DNA of 64,000 bases. It comes from Batkoa obscura (lineage: Eukaryota). The notes beneath the pieces were generated by a model, which was given only the letters and a program-made list of their open reading frames with translations, did not search any database and was not told the origin of the DNA. Position 1 is the stretch's first letter. Each line of letters begins with the position of its first letter. Positions 1 to 11,671 of this stretch are shown here, piece after piece. The translations under genes were made by a program, and so were the position numbers. The stretch spans positions 372,001 to 436,000 of the forward strand of contig JASVEC010000020.1 of the NCBI GenBank assembly GCA_030770535.1, in the 5' to 3' direction.

Positions 1-44
1 TTTTTCATTGAAAAAACTGTGTAAATAATAATTTAAGTATAAAT

Positions 45-150
45 ATATAGGGATGTATTTTTGTATTTAAGAATTTTACTAACAATTTTTCTATTTAAAT
101 AGCGCTTAGAAAATGGAAAAAATAATGAAGTCAAAAAAACACTCCCATAT
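45..150 (+). mobile_element. 100-bp MITE copy 1 (coordinates include TSD)
   Basis: ATAT-AGGGATGT...ACACTCCC-ATAT; conserved core. Confidence 0.9.
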
Positions 151-397
151 GTTTGTAATAAAGCTTAACCTTAGTAGTTAATTAAATGCTAAAATAATCG
201 TAGTCAAGTCAAAACACTATTGATTGATGTCTTAGTTACTGTATGTTAAAGCCTAACCCACTTTTATTAAGACTTCAATATGTCATACACTAAAGTTTAT
301 ATCATTATAGGCAAATATCGTTTAGTTGGTGTGAGATTTAAAAAATATAAAAGGAAATTGAATAAAATCTTTTGTTTAATTTAAATCACACTTTAAC

Positions 398-1732
398 ATG
401 AATATAATATTTGAGTGTTTATCTGAGATTTTACTAGAACAGGTATTTGAATATTTGAATATTTGAATATTTAGACTCAGCTGAGTTGTTTGATCTATGT
501 TTCTTAAATGGGTATTTGCTTAAGCTTACAAATAATGCTATTAATTAGAATTTAATCTATTTGATTTACAATCAACATAACGATGATGAATTTAAAGACT
601 TTCAAGAAAGATCTATAAGGGACAACAGATCATTGATTGAGCATATAAATATAAATGGTGATATAGTTAGATATCTAAATAGTTGTCCAAATATAATATC
701 TATAGTCTATATTCGAACAACTAATAATAATCATAATGATAATACCAGTGTTTTTTTATATTTTTGGCAGTAACTACAATGGAATAAAGGCTGTATTACC
801 AGGATCAAAAGGGCTAATCATAGATTCATCTAATTATTTACAACCCTTAACATATTTCAACAGGTATTTGAAGCAAACGGAGTTTCTTAAAGTCTATGCA
901 ATACTATTGCTACAAATATCATTAATCCTTTAAATCCACTTGTATCGAAAGTATTAATATTAAGTTTTGGTTATAAGTTACTGCTTTACAGGTTAGATAT
1001 TATTAAGAAATTCAAGAAGTTGAGCTTATTATGATTACAGTTAAACAGCTCTGTTTGCACCTCTATTGTATTTAATTCTAAAATGAACTTTATTTCTAAA
1101 ATTAGCAATTAGTGCAAAATTTGATAACCTTGATCTTAAATGTTTGGTGATTTAAATGAATTCATAAGTATAAACTTTTTAAATCACAGTACTCAATATT
1201 TTAATGTTGGTAATGAAACTAATAGAATGAATTTAATCATGAGCTGTAATGTTATTGCTTTGAGTGAGTTTGATTCAAATCATGTTATTCCTGATGATTT
1301 TTTAAAGCTAATAACGCTAAAAATAGTTTGTATTACTTATAAAGGCTTTGTTATGTTTAATTTCACCATTGACAAATATTCAAGGCACTCATTTTAGTAG
1401 TGTGTATTTCAATGTTGGGTATGTATTCAATAAATTAATTGAATTGGTAGCGATATTTATAATAAATAGTACGATTCGATTAAATGGAGTTTTAGAAAAA
1501 AGATAATAATTAATCATTTTGGCTATTCACTCGATATATTCTTATGCTTTTATCCCTTTTTCTAAATCTTGAGCAGCTTACAATTTCTCATTTTAAAGTA
1601 GAAGGCAAAAATACAAGAGTTTAGTATAATATCAACATTAGGTTATTACTTATTACACTTATTACGCTCAAATCTAACCTAACTTCTTATGAAGGGCTTG
1701 AAAAAATCATATTAAATTGAATAAAAATATAA
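398..1732 (+). pseudogene. F-box-like/LRR-like family gene A (disrupted)
   Basis: ATG at 398 reads MNIIFECLSEILLEQVFEY (F-box-like); tandem TATTTGAA expansion near 445-468, stops and frameshifts; colinear with the copy at 11672-12969 (RLDIIKKFKKL; similar C-terminus). Confidence 0.75.
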
Positions 1733-1857
1733 CAGCTTCCTTGTTAGACTTACTATATCATTTGTAATAAAATATCTTCATGTTTTATCTTTAAATTGTT
1801 TTTTTTTACTTTACAAGATCTTATTGAACAATTGAGTATTACTTTGATTTAGATAGC

Positions 1858-1949
1858 ATATGTGGATGTGTTGTTGTGTTTAACAATTTTTCCACTCAAA
1901 TAATGCCTGGAAAATGGAAAAAGTAATGAAGCCAGAAACATCCACATAC
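1858..1949 (+). mobile_element. MITE copy 2 (short internal deletion)
   Basis: ATAT-GTGGATGT...ACATCCAC-ATAC. Confidence 0.85.
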
Positions 1950-2601
1950 ATTATAGATTTTATAAGATTAAAATTAAGACAGTTGTTTAAATAATATTCC
2001 CTTTGATCCCCTCTCTTACCATTGAGTAAGAACCTATTTGGAGATGAGAAGTAAAACGAATCTTATTTCGTCTTTTTGACTCGCTTCCTACCTTATCAGA
2101 CAACTTCCTTTAATAACTTTGTCTCTTAAGTCAATAAAGTTGAGTAGTTGATTTTTGTTTTATCTAATAAAACACTTGTGACTTTGGTCTTTCAAAAGCA
2201 AAAAAAGCAATTTTCTAACAGTACTTAAATTAACGTTTAAAAGTTATTATTATCTTTGTATTAATTCTATTAGCTGATAGTATACAAAAATAGTCAACTA
2301 TTATTTGAAATGAATTTATACTTTGTTTACATTTAAGCTATTGTAGAAAATAAAATCAATTAGACAATATTTCACTATAAAATTAAAACAATTGAATACG
2401 GAATACATAAAGATAAATAAATAATTGAAGATCTTAAATGATGAAGAAATCAAGCTATTTTGTATACATTTGTAACAAATTTCAAAAGCTCTCTTTATTT
2501 CTAAAAGTTAATTTTAAGTGATTAGAAATAACAAATTATTTATTCGAAATAATCTTTAGTATTAAATAATTTAGTCAAAATCATTATAGTCAGGTTTAAG
2601 T

Positions 2602-2699
2602 AATTGGGGATGTTTTTTGGTTTTATTACTTTTTCCATCTTTTAAGTGCTATTTACGTGGAAAAATTGTTAGTAAAATTCTTGAAATACATCCCCAATT
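2602..2699 (-). mobile_element. MITE copy 3
   Basis: AATT-GGGGATGT...ACATCCCC-AATT. Confidence 0.9.
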
Positions 2700-2846
2700 A
2701 TTAAAATTAGTTTTAGTCCTCATATGCTAAATTCATTGTATAGCAAAGTTTAAGTCATTAAGAGTAATTACTACTTGATTAAGTTAGCATTCAAAAAGTA
2801 AAGAAAAACAAAGTGAACTCTCCTTTATTTTACAATTTCATTTGAA

Positions 2847-3881
2847 AGGAGTATAAAATTTGAGTATTTATCCAAAATTTTATTATAAGGCATTTTCAAA
2901 TATGTGAACCTAATTGAGTCATTGGACCTGTGTTTTTTAAATATTTGCTAAAAGCTATAGGCAAAGCTATCAAATTTAAGTTAACTCATTCGATTTATAA
3001 TCAATATAAGTGTAATGAATATCAAGGCTACCAAGAGAACTTTATTAAAGAAAATGGAAAGCTAATGGGGCATGTAAATACAGCTGACAAAACACTTGAA
3101 AATTCAAATCATTATTCAAACATTGCATCTATAGTCTATAAATAATTAATTATTGTATATAAAAAAGGGTTTGATAATTATACCAAGATAGAAATTAAGC
3201 TTCCACAGGTAAAAAGATTAAATATGTCCTCAATAATTACACATATTCATTAACTTTATTTAATAACTATTTAAACCAACTTGAAGTGTTTAAACTTAAT
3301 AGAGATAATTCCAAAATTAAAGACAGTATTAAAGATTTAAACCCAAATAAATTAAAGTCACTTATATTAAATACAAGTCATATATTATTGTACCTTTATG
3401 GATTATATACTATTAAAATAAGATTTAATAAGTTAAAAGTGTTATATTTAAGTGCTCAGGAACATTTAGAGGTTAGAGAAAATAGCTCAGAGATAGACTT
3501 TATTTCTAGCTTGGGATCAAAAATTGTAAGAGTATTTACTTTTAATTTTAATGTCGCTTCCTTTAGCAACTTATACAATTTAAAAAGTATAGCACCATTT
3601 ATTAGATAAGTGGGTTGATAAAATATGTATTTGTAGAACAAATCGAGAGGGATTATTTTCATAGCATATTTGAAAACTTCTTTCATTTCTTATAACTAAC
3701 TCTATTTCTAAATCTTGAGCTATTTGAAACTAAGGAGATTTTGCCTCTTGATATAGGCTCAATATTTGAACTTAAGCTTATTACTCCACTATTATTATTT
3801 GGCAGTATTTTATCCGACCCAGATCTAGATTATTATAATCAAATAGAAAGTATTATAATATTAGATTGGATAAAGCTATAA
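2847..3881 (+). pseudogene. F-box-like/LRR-like family gene B (disrupted, start AGG, internally shortened)
   Basis: Reads (R)SIKFEYLSKILL*GIFKY...; ORF fragments 2930-3145 and 3286-3609; C-terminal LITPLLL motif shared with the other copies. Confidence 0.75.
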
Positions 3882-3895
3882 ATCCGATAAGCAAT

Positions 3896-4004
3896 ATATG
3901 AGGCTGTATTTTTGTGCTTAAGAATTTTACTAACAAATTTTCTACTCAAATAATGTGCTTAAAATTGGAAAAAGTAATGAAGCCAAAAAAAACACCCCTC
4001 ATAT
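3896..4004 (+). mobile_element. MITE copy 4
   Basis: ATAT-GAGGCTGT...ACACCCCTC-ATAT. Confidence 0.9.
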
Positions 4005-4199
4005 CGTAATTATAATAAATTATCTTTCAACTTTATTTTAGTTTTTTCAGTCATTTTATCTATTGTATATTGATCTAGAAAAATATGGCAATACATTGAT
4101 CAAGCAATATTTAAAGTCATAGAACCTTGAAACAGTTTATTTTAATGCACAAAGTTTAAACGAACTGTAAGATAATACAATAACTCTCAATATGTTTTG

Positions 4200-4629
4200 A
4201 TGTTATTTATTTTCTTATAATGCTAATAAGAAACCAAAGAAAGTAGTTGAGCATATTCAAAATATGAATAGTCTAATATCAATCCAGTAAGAAATAAAAC
4301 ATTTTATATAAAAAATCAAAATGTGTATAAACTTTCAATTCAAAGTAGTGACTGAATATCTTTGTTCTCAGCAACTATGCCAAAGTTCCAGAGGCTCAAA
4401 AAAGGATATTGGTTTTATACATAAAAAGGGTAAGTTTTTAATTACTGATAAAGGTTTAAATAAGCTATTTTTATATACCAAGTTTGGTAATTTAGTACAA
4501 TTCATTAATATTAATTTCCTTAATCATAAACATCTTGTGTTTAGGAAAAAAGTGGAAGTTAGAGGTAGATATTAAGGAATAGTTCATGATCTAGTAAGCT
4601 TTTTGCTAATAAAGTTACCCTTCAAATAA
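4200..4629 (+). pseudogene. decayed 3' part of a paralogue of the secreted beta-propeller gene at 7693-8553
   Basis: NKLFLYTKFGNLVQFININFLNHKHLVF and ..SSKLFANKVTL align with NKIFLYTKLGVLVETIDASFFELKHLVF..SSKLLVDEITL; stops and frameshifts. Confidence 0.75.
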
Positions 4630-5798
4630 TTTTCAAGATTTATAAATTAGTAAGATAAAACAGTTTTTAGCTTAATATAAGTCAGTTGTTTAATATTATT
4701 TTTTATTGTGTTTAACTTTAGTTAAATTATCGAATATACAACTATATACCTAAGTAGCTATGCAGCTATATAGCTAAGTAACTAAAATAGGGCTTTGTCT
4801 TTATGCAGTCACACATAGACTAGTTTAAACCTAAGAGATTCAATCTTTTTCCGATTAAGTTATTAAGGTTCTAAATTGATCACAAACATTATAAAAATAG
4901 TATGATTTGTTTTACTTTAAATATCAATTGTTTTGAAAACTTATGCTATGTATAAAATGGACAAAATAGAATTAAACACCTTTAACCTAATTTCATAAAT
5001 TTAAGTTTAAATTAAATTGAACAGTTTGATTTAAGTTTTTAAATTATTTAAAGCTATCTTGTACTTTTTGATATTTCAAAATAGTTGATTTAAACTTATT
5101 TTAATATACAAATAATTTAAGTTACTAACATTTTCTAGATAATACTTTTTAGTTACGTATCTATGAAGAAGGCTTAGTTTATTTAAGGAATTTAAAACTA
5201 AAGATTCTAATGACACTATTTAATAATTGATTTTGTTATCATTTTGATATTTTTGATTATAAAAGTTTATTATTATTATTATTATTATTATATTTATATC
5301 TATGTTATTAAAAAAGAATGATATTTAATAATAAATTAGTTTTATAAAACATTAATAACTCAAAAAATCAATTTAGTTATAGCTATTTAATTTATTGTGC
5401 TATATCGTATAATATCAGAAAACAGTTATATCAAAAGCATGCTATAAAACTTGATTGTTAATTAATCTGGTTTTATATTATTTATTATTAGCTTTGAGCA
5501 CTTTGAAATATAATTGGCTATTTATTAATTTATAGATTTTGATAAGATAGAATGGTAATTTAAGGGTAAGATTATGATTCAACAGCTAATTGATTGATTT
5601 ATTAAAAATTAGAACTTAACTTTTTAATAAGTTGAAGAATAAAAAGTGGCAAAATAATCTCAAAGATTCAAAAATTGGAGAAATTACTAAAATTAATACT
5701 GCTTTAACCAAATATAGAATTTTTCAAAAAAAATTCCTCCTTGAAAATAATAAAATCAAAATTACTGGAACAAAAGGTATAAATAATTGAACTTTCGA

Positions 5799-5829
<31 letters not shown>

Positions 5830-5838
5830 AATTAAATA

Positions 5839-6942
5839 ATGAAATATTTGTTACTTACATCTTTAATATTAAATTTAGTGGCTAGTCATGCTACTATGGA
5901 AAAACCAGCTATTCGTGGAAATACCGAAAATTGGGGTTTCTGTGATGGTGAAGAAGGTTGTCTTGGACCTTGTGAAACACCCAAAGATAAAGTAGATTAT
6001 ACTTATCGTCAAAAAGAAGTTTATCAAAGAGGAGCAAAGATTCCAGTTGAATGGAAAAGACTTAATCACCCTGGAGGTTTTGTAAGACTTGCTATTGTAC
6101 CAACCGAACAAAGTGATGATAAACAAGCTTTTGATCAAAATGTTTACCAATATTCTTGTTTTGAATCTAATTGTAAACAAGATGACAATATTGATGATTC
6201 TTTCCATGGTTACATGGCTGGACCTAACTTTGCTAATAATCATCCCCAATGTAGTACTGAATTCGTTATTCCACCACATTTAGAAGATGGTGATTATACT
6301 TTACAATGGATGTGGTTCTCTGGTGGCGTTAACACTGGTGATCGTTTCAGAGCCTTTGGTAATTATTATGCTTGTGCTGATTTAAAAATTCGTGGTGGAA
6401 ATAAAGGTGAAAAACCACCAGTAGCTTTTATTGGTAAAGATGCTGTAACTGAAGATCCAAAACAATGTCGATTCTGGGGTAAGAATGATGAATATTCTTG
6501 TGAAAAGAGTTATGATGCAAGTAATCCAGATAAATGTCCAAGAGGTGGCCCTCGTCTTGGTGCACCTTCTGCTTTCTCTGTTGGTATTTCTGGTGAACAG
6601 TCTAATAGAGGTATCCCATTTGAAGCTCCAGAATGGTACAAACAAAAATATCCACAAGCTGATGTTATGCCACAAAGTCCAGTAAATTGGACTCCTCCAG
6701 AAAAGTATAACCCTAATCCATATAATCAAGGTGCTCCATTTATTGAAACTAATCATAACAAACAACAAAATCAAGAACAAAAGCCTGTAGAACAAAAGCC
6801 TGTAGAGCAACAAAAAAATGGACAAGATTCAGTTTGGACCCCACCTCCAGGTTATAATCCATACGCTGAAGGACAACCATTAGCTGGTAAAACTCCAGTT
6901 TGGACCCCACCTCCAGGTTATAATCCATATGGCCAAAATTAA
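5839..6942 (+). CDS. secreted LPMO-like (histidine-brace) protein with Pro-rich repeated C-terminal tail
   Basis: Signal peptide MKYLLLTSLILNLVAS followed by His (HATMEKPAIRG); second His in NHPGGFVR; YTLQWMW and YYACADLKI motifs; multiple Cys; intronless 367 aa. Confidence 0.75.
   Translation: MKYLLLTSLILNLVASHATMEKPAIRGNTENWGFCDGEEGCLGPCETPKDKVDYTYRQKEVYQRGAKIPVEWKRLNHPGGFVRLAIVPTEQSDDKQAFDQNVYQYSCFESNCKQDDNIDDSFHGYMAGPNFANNHPQCSTEFVIPPHLEDGDYTLQWMWFSGGVNTGDRFRAFGNYYACADLKIRGGNKGEKPPVAFIGKDAVTEDPKQCRFWGKNDEYSCEKSYDASNPDKCPRGGPRLGAPSAFSVGISGEQSNRGIPFEAPEWYKQKYPQADVMPQSPVNWTPPEKYNPNPYNQGAPFIETNHNKQQNQEQKPVEQKPVEQQKNGQDSVWTPPPGYNPYAEGQPLAGKTPVWTPPPGYNPYGQN
6830..6929 (+). repeat. 34-bp perfect direct repeat (66-bp period) encoding VWTPPPGYNPY twice
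   Basis: cagtttggaccccacctccaggttataatccata at 6830-6863 and 6896-6929. Confidence 0.95.
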
Positions 6943-7435
6943 AAAGCTTTATCGTTAATATTGTCTGTTATTTATCATTAATTAAAATATCAAAATTATT
7001 ATTAATTTTTATCTAATAAATATAAATGGGTTTAATTTTTTATTTATTTAATAAATATTTAAAAAATTAATATATAAAATACTATTTAAGAACAGAATTT
7101 TAAAATGTCTAATTATAGTCTTGAGATAATTATAATTATTAAACAACTTTAGACTATGCTATTATTATCAATTGAATATTATAAAAAACCCTTATAACCC
7201 CTCATCTTCTCGTTATCTTTTATTATTTAGAGAGGATGGTATTCTATAAAATAAACCATAATTATAGCCACAATTCTGATTACTTAAATTATCCGAAAAA
7301 AGACTTTGAAGCTCCTAGTACTTTTATTTCTTTATTGAATATTTAATTATTTTATCAAAGACTGGGTGATTGATACCTTAAATATTTTTAATAATAATCA
7401 CAAACTAAACATATTGTTACACTAATATTTAAATA

Positions 7436-7546
7436 ATATGAAGAGGAGATATATTTTTGTGTCTAAGAATTTTATTAACAGTTTTTCCATCTAAATAGTG
7501 CTTAAAAGATGCAAAAAGTGATGAAGCCAAAAAACATCCCTCATAT
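7436..7546 (+). mobile_element. MITE copy 5
   Basis: Core match; right end ACATCCCTC-ATAT; left end degenerate after ATAT. Confidence 0.85.
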
Positions 7547-7692
7547 CTTGGACAATTTTTTATAAAATAAAACTCTATTTTAGCTGTATGTATAATAAGT
7601 TAAAGTTAAATGTAAAAAAGATTAACATTAAATAATCAGTTTATATTAAAGTAAATAAACATAATACTAAAGTGATATATGGTATAATTTAT

Positions 7693-8553
7693 TTAAAGAG
7701 TAATTTCGTCAACAAGAAGTTTACTTGACCCTGAATTATTTCCTAATACCCATACTTTACTTCCATCTTTTTCGCTAAACACGAGATGCTTGAGCTCAAA
7801 GAAGCTAGCATCAATGGTTTCCACTAAAACACCAAGCTTGGTATATAAAAATATTTTATTTGAGCCTTCACCAATAACTAAAATCTTATCGTTTTTAATA
7901 GGTAAAATGGATACTACTTTTTGAACCTCTGGAACATTAGCAGTAATTGGTGCATAGAAACTTGCTTGATCATTGTACACAGAAAGTTCAAAAACATTCT
8001 TATCTTGGGCATAAAATAAGCTATCTTTTGCTTCATCCATAACGAAATGATTAAGATCTCCAAGATGGCTAAGTATTATTTTTGGTTTATCAGTACCGTC
8101 ACAAGAAAATAAAATACCATCTTTAGTAGCTCCAAAGATAGCTCCACTTTTAGTCAAAGATAAGCCTGCCACCTGTTGAGTTGATAATTCACTAAAATCA
8201 CAATAAACTTCAGCACTATCGTATTGTCCAGCACCTTGTTTAGTAGCTTTATAAATTTTTCTATCATCCAAATTTGCAAAATAAAGATTATTCTCATCAA
8301 ATAAGGTAGCAGTTGCTTTAAAGTTTCCTGAGCGGATAAATAAGGCTTCTTTATACCCATTAATAATTCTAAAGTATCTACCTTTACCTTGAGATTCATT
8401 ATGGAAAGAGGCATACACAGCTTTATGGGTTGGATCATAAGCAGGGGCATTTACAGAGGTATCTAGATTGGATAGCGATTCATTTAAATAATTCTTAATT
8501 TGCATACCAGTAACCAGCTGGCCAAGAACTAAGGTGAATAAAAAATATTTCAT
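7693..8553 (-). CDS. secreted protein, probable SMP-30/gluconolactonase-like beta-propeller
   Basis: Signal peptide MKYFLFTLVLGQLVTG; blade-like repeats (LYFANLDDRKIYK, GLSLTKSGAIF, DSLFYA, KIFLYTKLGVLVETI); intronless 286 aa. Fold assignment is inference. Confidence 0.6.
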   Translation of the reverse strand: MKYFLFTLVLGQLVTGMQIKNYLNESLSNLDTSVNAPAYDPTHKAVYASFHNESQGKGRYFRIINGYKEALFIRSGNFKATATLFDENNLYFANLDDRKIYKATKQGAGQYDSAEVYCDFSELSTQQVAGLSLTKSGAIFGATKDGILFSCDGTDKPKIILSHLGDLNHFVMDEAKDSLFYAQDKNVFELSVYNDQASFYAPITANVPEVQKVVSILPIKNDKILVIGEGSNKIFLYTKLGVLVETIDASFFELKHLVFSEKDGSKVWVLGNNSGSSKLLVDEITL

Positions 8554-9470
8554 GATTATTTTGAATATATGATCCTAATTTCTAATGAACTTCAATGTAA
8601 CTTTTATATCTTTATATATTTTTGGTTCTTATAATATCTACTATTAATTAGAGTAATTCCATTTATTAAATGCAATTATATCACTGGTTATATATTCACT
8701 TATATTCATTATAGCATATATAATTAATTAAATGCGTGATATGATTGTTTAGTATTCTATGTCATGTAACTTATTTATTGTTATACTATATTTCTGACGT
8801 GTTTTTCTTATAATTTAGATGTTTACAGTCCAATTCTTTTTTTGGTAAATAAAATACTCTTATTATTCTCGTGAGAAAAAAGACTATTACTTTAATAAAA
8901 AAATAACTTAGGTAAAAAAATACTAAAGACAAAAATAAATGAAAATAGTGAAAAATCAATTTTGGCTCTACACAGACTCCTATTTAAGGCTCTAGACTTT
9001 GATAGTTATAATGCTAATATATTTAACAGTAAAATTATAAAATTGAATACTTTGGAACTTCATAAGAAAAATATATACATATTATTAATAAATTCTTTTT
9101 AATGATAATAAATAAATACATTGACTCATTTAAAACCATATATTAATATGTAATTATTAATCATGAAATAATTCATATCTTTTCTGAATAAATCATCTTT
9201 TTGTTGAATGTAATGCTCTCCAATGCTTCACCACAATAAAAATATTAGAAGCTCAAATTAGCTAATACAAAAGACAACAGTATATCAACAAGGTTTTTTT
9301 ATTCAGATAGTTTTATTTGATTATCTACTGCTTTTAGGATAAATAACATAGATATAAATAAATTAAACTATATCCACAATTTTAGCTTTGAATATATTAA
9401 GAATACAGTAAGTTCTTTAAAATAAATTAAATTATCACATTCTATGACTATTTACTATTTTTAAATTAAT

Positions 9471-9576
9471 ATATAGGGGTGTTTTCTTGGCTTCATTACT
9501 TTCCCCATCTTTTAAATACCATTTGGACGGAAAATTTGTTAGTAAAATTCTTAAACATAAAAATATATTCCCATAT
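9471..9576 (-). mobile_element. MITE copy 6
   Basis: ATAT-AGGGGTGT...ATATTCCC-ATAT. Confidence 0.88.
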
Positions 9577-10129
9577 TTTAGTAACTTGTAAGTCTCAAAA
9601 GAAAAGTCATATTTATTACAAATAAGAATAATTTTTGGATGTTTTCATGTTAATAGATAATAATTTTGGATAATTAGTCTTTGATATTCATTAATTCAAA
9701 TAATTATAAATAACTTGATTAAGTTATACTAAAGACAATATCAGTAACTTTTATATCAAAAATATACTCCACAATACAAAATAGAATTGAAGCAAGCAAT
9801 TTCTAATCAGGTTGATTTTTCCTTCTTTCTACTTAAAATTATGAATTTAAATCTATGAATTATGTTTTATGAATTAATACTTTAATCCCTCTAAAATTAT
9901 AAACGAAATATGCCTTCATTTCTACATAACCCTTTATGTATATTATATGATCTTTACTCATAACTCATAAATTTTATTACCTAAGATTTTGTGAAACATC
10001 TATTATATAATTGTGTTAAATATTCTAGTTTCCCAATAACTTACAAATAGTTTAAAAGCTATTATGAAAGTCGATTTTATCATCTGTTAAACTCAGTTCT
10101 CTTTATATAGTTTAAATATGAGTATTAAA

Positions 10130-11560
10130 TATATAATTTATTTAAAATAACACTAAAACAAAGTTATAATAAGTTAAATTTTCTTTAGATGGAACAATGG
10201 CAAATAACAATAGAGGGGTAATAAGTTCATGTTTAATTATTATATACACAGCCGTTAGTTTAAAATATTTATTTTCAGTGTTCTAATATTTAGGAATATG
10301 GATAAAAGAAGGAGAGATTTATTATCAAAGTATTACTAAAATGATTAATTTTAATCTACTTTACAAATGTATATTTGATTGAGTCATCTTTTTTAGTATA
10401 AAGATGAGTTTTGTTATAATTGCAGCTATCGTAGAATAAATAATAGTAAAAATAATAGTCATGTAGATCACCAAATGTGTAATAATTTGGATATTTAATA
10501 AAAAAAATATTAAACTCGATAAGCTCATTTGTTAAGCTATTGACATGAATTTGCTTCATATTTGGTAATTTCAAAAAATTATAATATATTAATATTTTAA
10601 ATCAAAAGATTCTAATCCTATAGCACAATATTTGTTTAAATTTAATATTATTACATTTGCTTGTGGTGTCAAAAAATGCACTGATATTATCTAATAGTGT
10701 CACGCTTTTCAGTTGTTTTAAGTTTCCTGAATAACTAATATTAAAATTAAAGTGAAATTTTCTTATAATTTTTAACTCTATGTTGGAAACAAAATTTATT
10801 TTAGATTATTTTCAGTAAATAAATATATTCATGAGTACTTGATTGAACTATAACACTTTTAACTCATTAAATTTCGTTTTAATAGCATCTAATCCACAAA
10901 GGCTCAAATATCTATTATTTGGGGATGTTTTTTTTGATTTCATTACTTTTCCATTTTTTAAGCGCTATCTAAGTAGAAAGATTGTTAGTAAAATTTTTAA
11001 ACACAAAAATACATCCCTATTTGGATTTAATATAAGCAACTTTGACTTGCTTGAGTTTAAATCTTTAATGATATCCTTAATAGTCAAATTACTTTTGTTA
11101 CCCCCGAATTCTTTAAACTGATTTAAATGGCTATTAAATAATTATTAAACAGTATCAATAATTATGTATAATTGAATAATAATAATCAACTTTCTTAATT
11201 CGGCCAGTTTAATTTCTAGCTTGATATTTTCTCCATTAAAAAATGTTTATATATAATCAATCTGTGGAAATTATGTTTGAACAGTCATTTAAATATCCAA
11301 TTGTTCTATCATTCTATCATTTAGGTTGTTATGCTTTATTAGTGATCCATTTTCTCTAATAAGGTTATTTCGGTAGCTATTATATCTCTTATATTTATGT
11401 TGATAATAAATTGAATGAGCTAAGTTGAACTTAATAACTTTCCTTACAATTTTGAACAGATGTCTATTTAAGAAATACAAGTTAAATAAATTGATCAGGT
11501 CCACATATTTAAAAATCTCTTCTAATAGAATTTGAGATAGATACTCAGAGTCAAACTCAT
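10130..11560 (-). pseudogene. F-box-like/LRR-like family gene C (frameshifted, interrupted by a MITE at 10917-11022)
   Basis: EYLSQILLEEIFKYVDLINLFNLYFLNRHL at 5' end; GLDAIKTKFNELKVL just past the MITE; ELITPLLLFAIVPSKENLTYY near 10170-10230. Confidence 0.75.
10917..11022 (-). mobile_element. MITE copy 7, inserted in F-box-like gene C
   Basis: ATTT-GGGGATGT...ACATCCCT-ATTT; empty site colinear with 3361-3405. Confidence 0.92.
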
Positions 11561-11671
11561 ATCGAAGTGAAATAAAGAATAAGCTCAATCTATCTTTTGC
11601 ATTATTTAAATGACTAAAATAAGGCACAAAAATAATTTATACAAGTAATAGTAATAAGTCTGTCAAGGAGA

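Noticed and set aside
5875..6825. Antisense and alternate-frame ORFs over real genes (also 15507, 20001, 41714, 57763, 60118, 62478)
   Set aside because: Shadows of codon bias in the true genes; no motifs.
10843..11121. ORFs 10843-11121 and 13007-13270 sharing GDV..FPFFK.YLS.K.V.KI.KHKNTS
   Set aside because: The shared peptide is simply the MITE read in a stop-free frame.
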